From Candidatus Pacearchaeota archaeon (GTDB lineage Archaea; Nanobdellota; Nanobdellia; Pacearchaeales; GW2011-AR1), in assembly GCA_023133415.1 (NCBI GenBank), contig JAGLWM010000003.1:10544-74543 (forward strand): 64,000 nucleotides of DNA. Direction: 5' to 3'. This document shows, in pieces, positions 63,702 to 64,000 of the stretch; within the stretch, counting starts at the first letter, position 1; the number at the start of each line of letters is the position of its first letter. The translations under genes and the position numbers were made by a program. The notes below the pieces were generated by a model. It saw only the letters and a program-made list of their open reading frames with translations, was not told where the DNA came from and made no database searches.

Positions 63702-64000
63702 TCATAAACCTTCAATATCAATCAAATATTTCCCCTCGCTCACCTTAAACACAATCGGCTTTCGATTCATCAAACTCACAATATCAATTTCAAACTGCCC
63801 CGGCTTCAAAACCCGAACACTCTCCAAATCCAAAATCACCGGCTTAGCCTCATCCTCAATTTTCAAAATACTTCGAACATCCTCCTCAACCCTCTTCTTA
63901 TCAATCGTATTAAATTCTGGAATCGGCTCCTCTTTAGATTTTTTAATTCTCTCAACCTGGTCATCCCTAATATAGAAAAAAAAGTTCCCACCACAACTAC
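63702..64000 (-). CDS. Hypothetical protein (N-terminus off window)
   Basis: Own translation, open to the window end: ...RDDQVERIKKSKEEPIPEFNTIDKKRVEEDVRSILKIEDEAKPVILDLESVRVLKPGQFEIDIVSLMNRKPIVFKVSEGKYLIDIEGL, with stop at 63702-63704. Confidence 0.4.
   Translation of the reverse strand, partial: SCGGNFFFYIRDDQVERIKKSKEEPIPEFNTIDKKRVEEDVRSILKIEDEAKPVILDLESVRVLKPGQFEIDIVSLMNRKPIVFKVSEGKYLIDIEGL

Overview
The window looks like a 64-kb chromosomal segment of a small, AT-rich archaeon, probably DPANN-like; that assignment is inferred from gene content only. Archaeal markers are Kae1, aIF-1A, aIF-2 beta, GatD/GatE, proteasome beta, aCPSF1, class-I CCA enzyme, deoxyhypusine synthase, archaeal-type ProRS and AspRS, four TrmB-family regulators, an Lrp-type regulator and a class-III-signal pilin-like protein. 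There are two tRNAs, Arg-TCG and Asn-GTT. I found no rRNA, CRISPR array, transposase or integrase. Main observations: (1) An operon at 11310-12790 has two paralogous ~70-aa Cys-free peptides spaced 1 nt apart, then a radical SAM enzyme without auxiliary-cluster cysteines whose N-terminus repeats the peptides' MAxG[WF]xGS motif. A double Lrp regulator is divergent from it. The module lies between a deoxyhypusine synthase (DHS) 3' fragment and a decarboxylase 5' fragment, so it looks like an inserted cassette. (2) Tandem tracts with 7-nt period (CGACCNN / TCTGACC, always that polarity on the + strand) sit in frame inside Kae1, GatB, GatE, GatA, the CCA enzyme and a zinc-ribbon protein. (3) A ~105-nt intergenic element occurs three times, each immediately 3' of a minus-strand gene, with a central hairpin whose stem differs completely between copies. 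(4) The tRNA-Arg 3' end is duplicated as a 44-nt direct repeat next to a low-GC island with two HemN-like radical SAM genes, a methyltransferase and a TrmB regulator. (5) A SNF2 helicase forms a three-gene unit with a CxxC-rich protein. (6) The + strand has C far above G regardless of gene orientation, interrupted by low-GC islands. (7) A nucleotidyltransferase is split at an A8 run. ORF coordinates come from the supplied track. Coordinates of other features were hand-indexed and may be off by 1-2 nt. All functional calls rest on motifs I recognise, not on searches.
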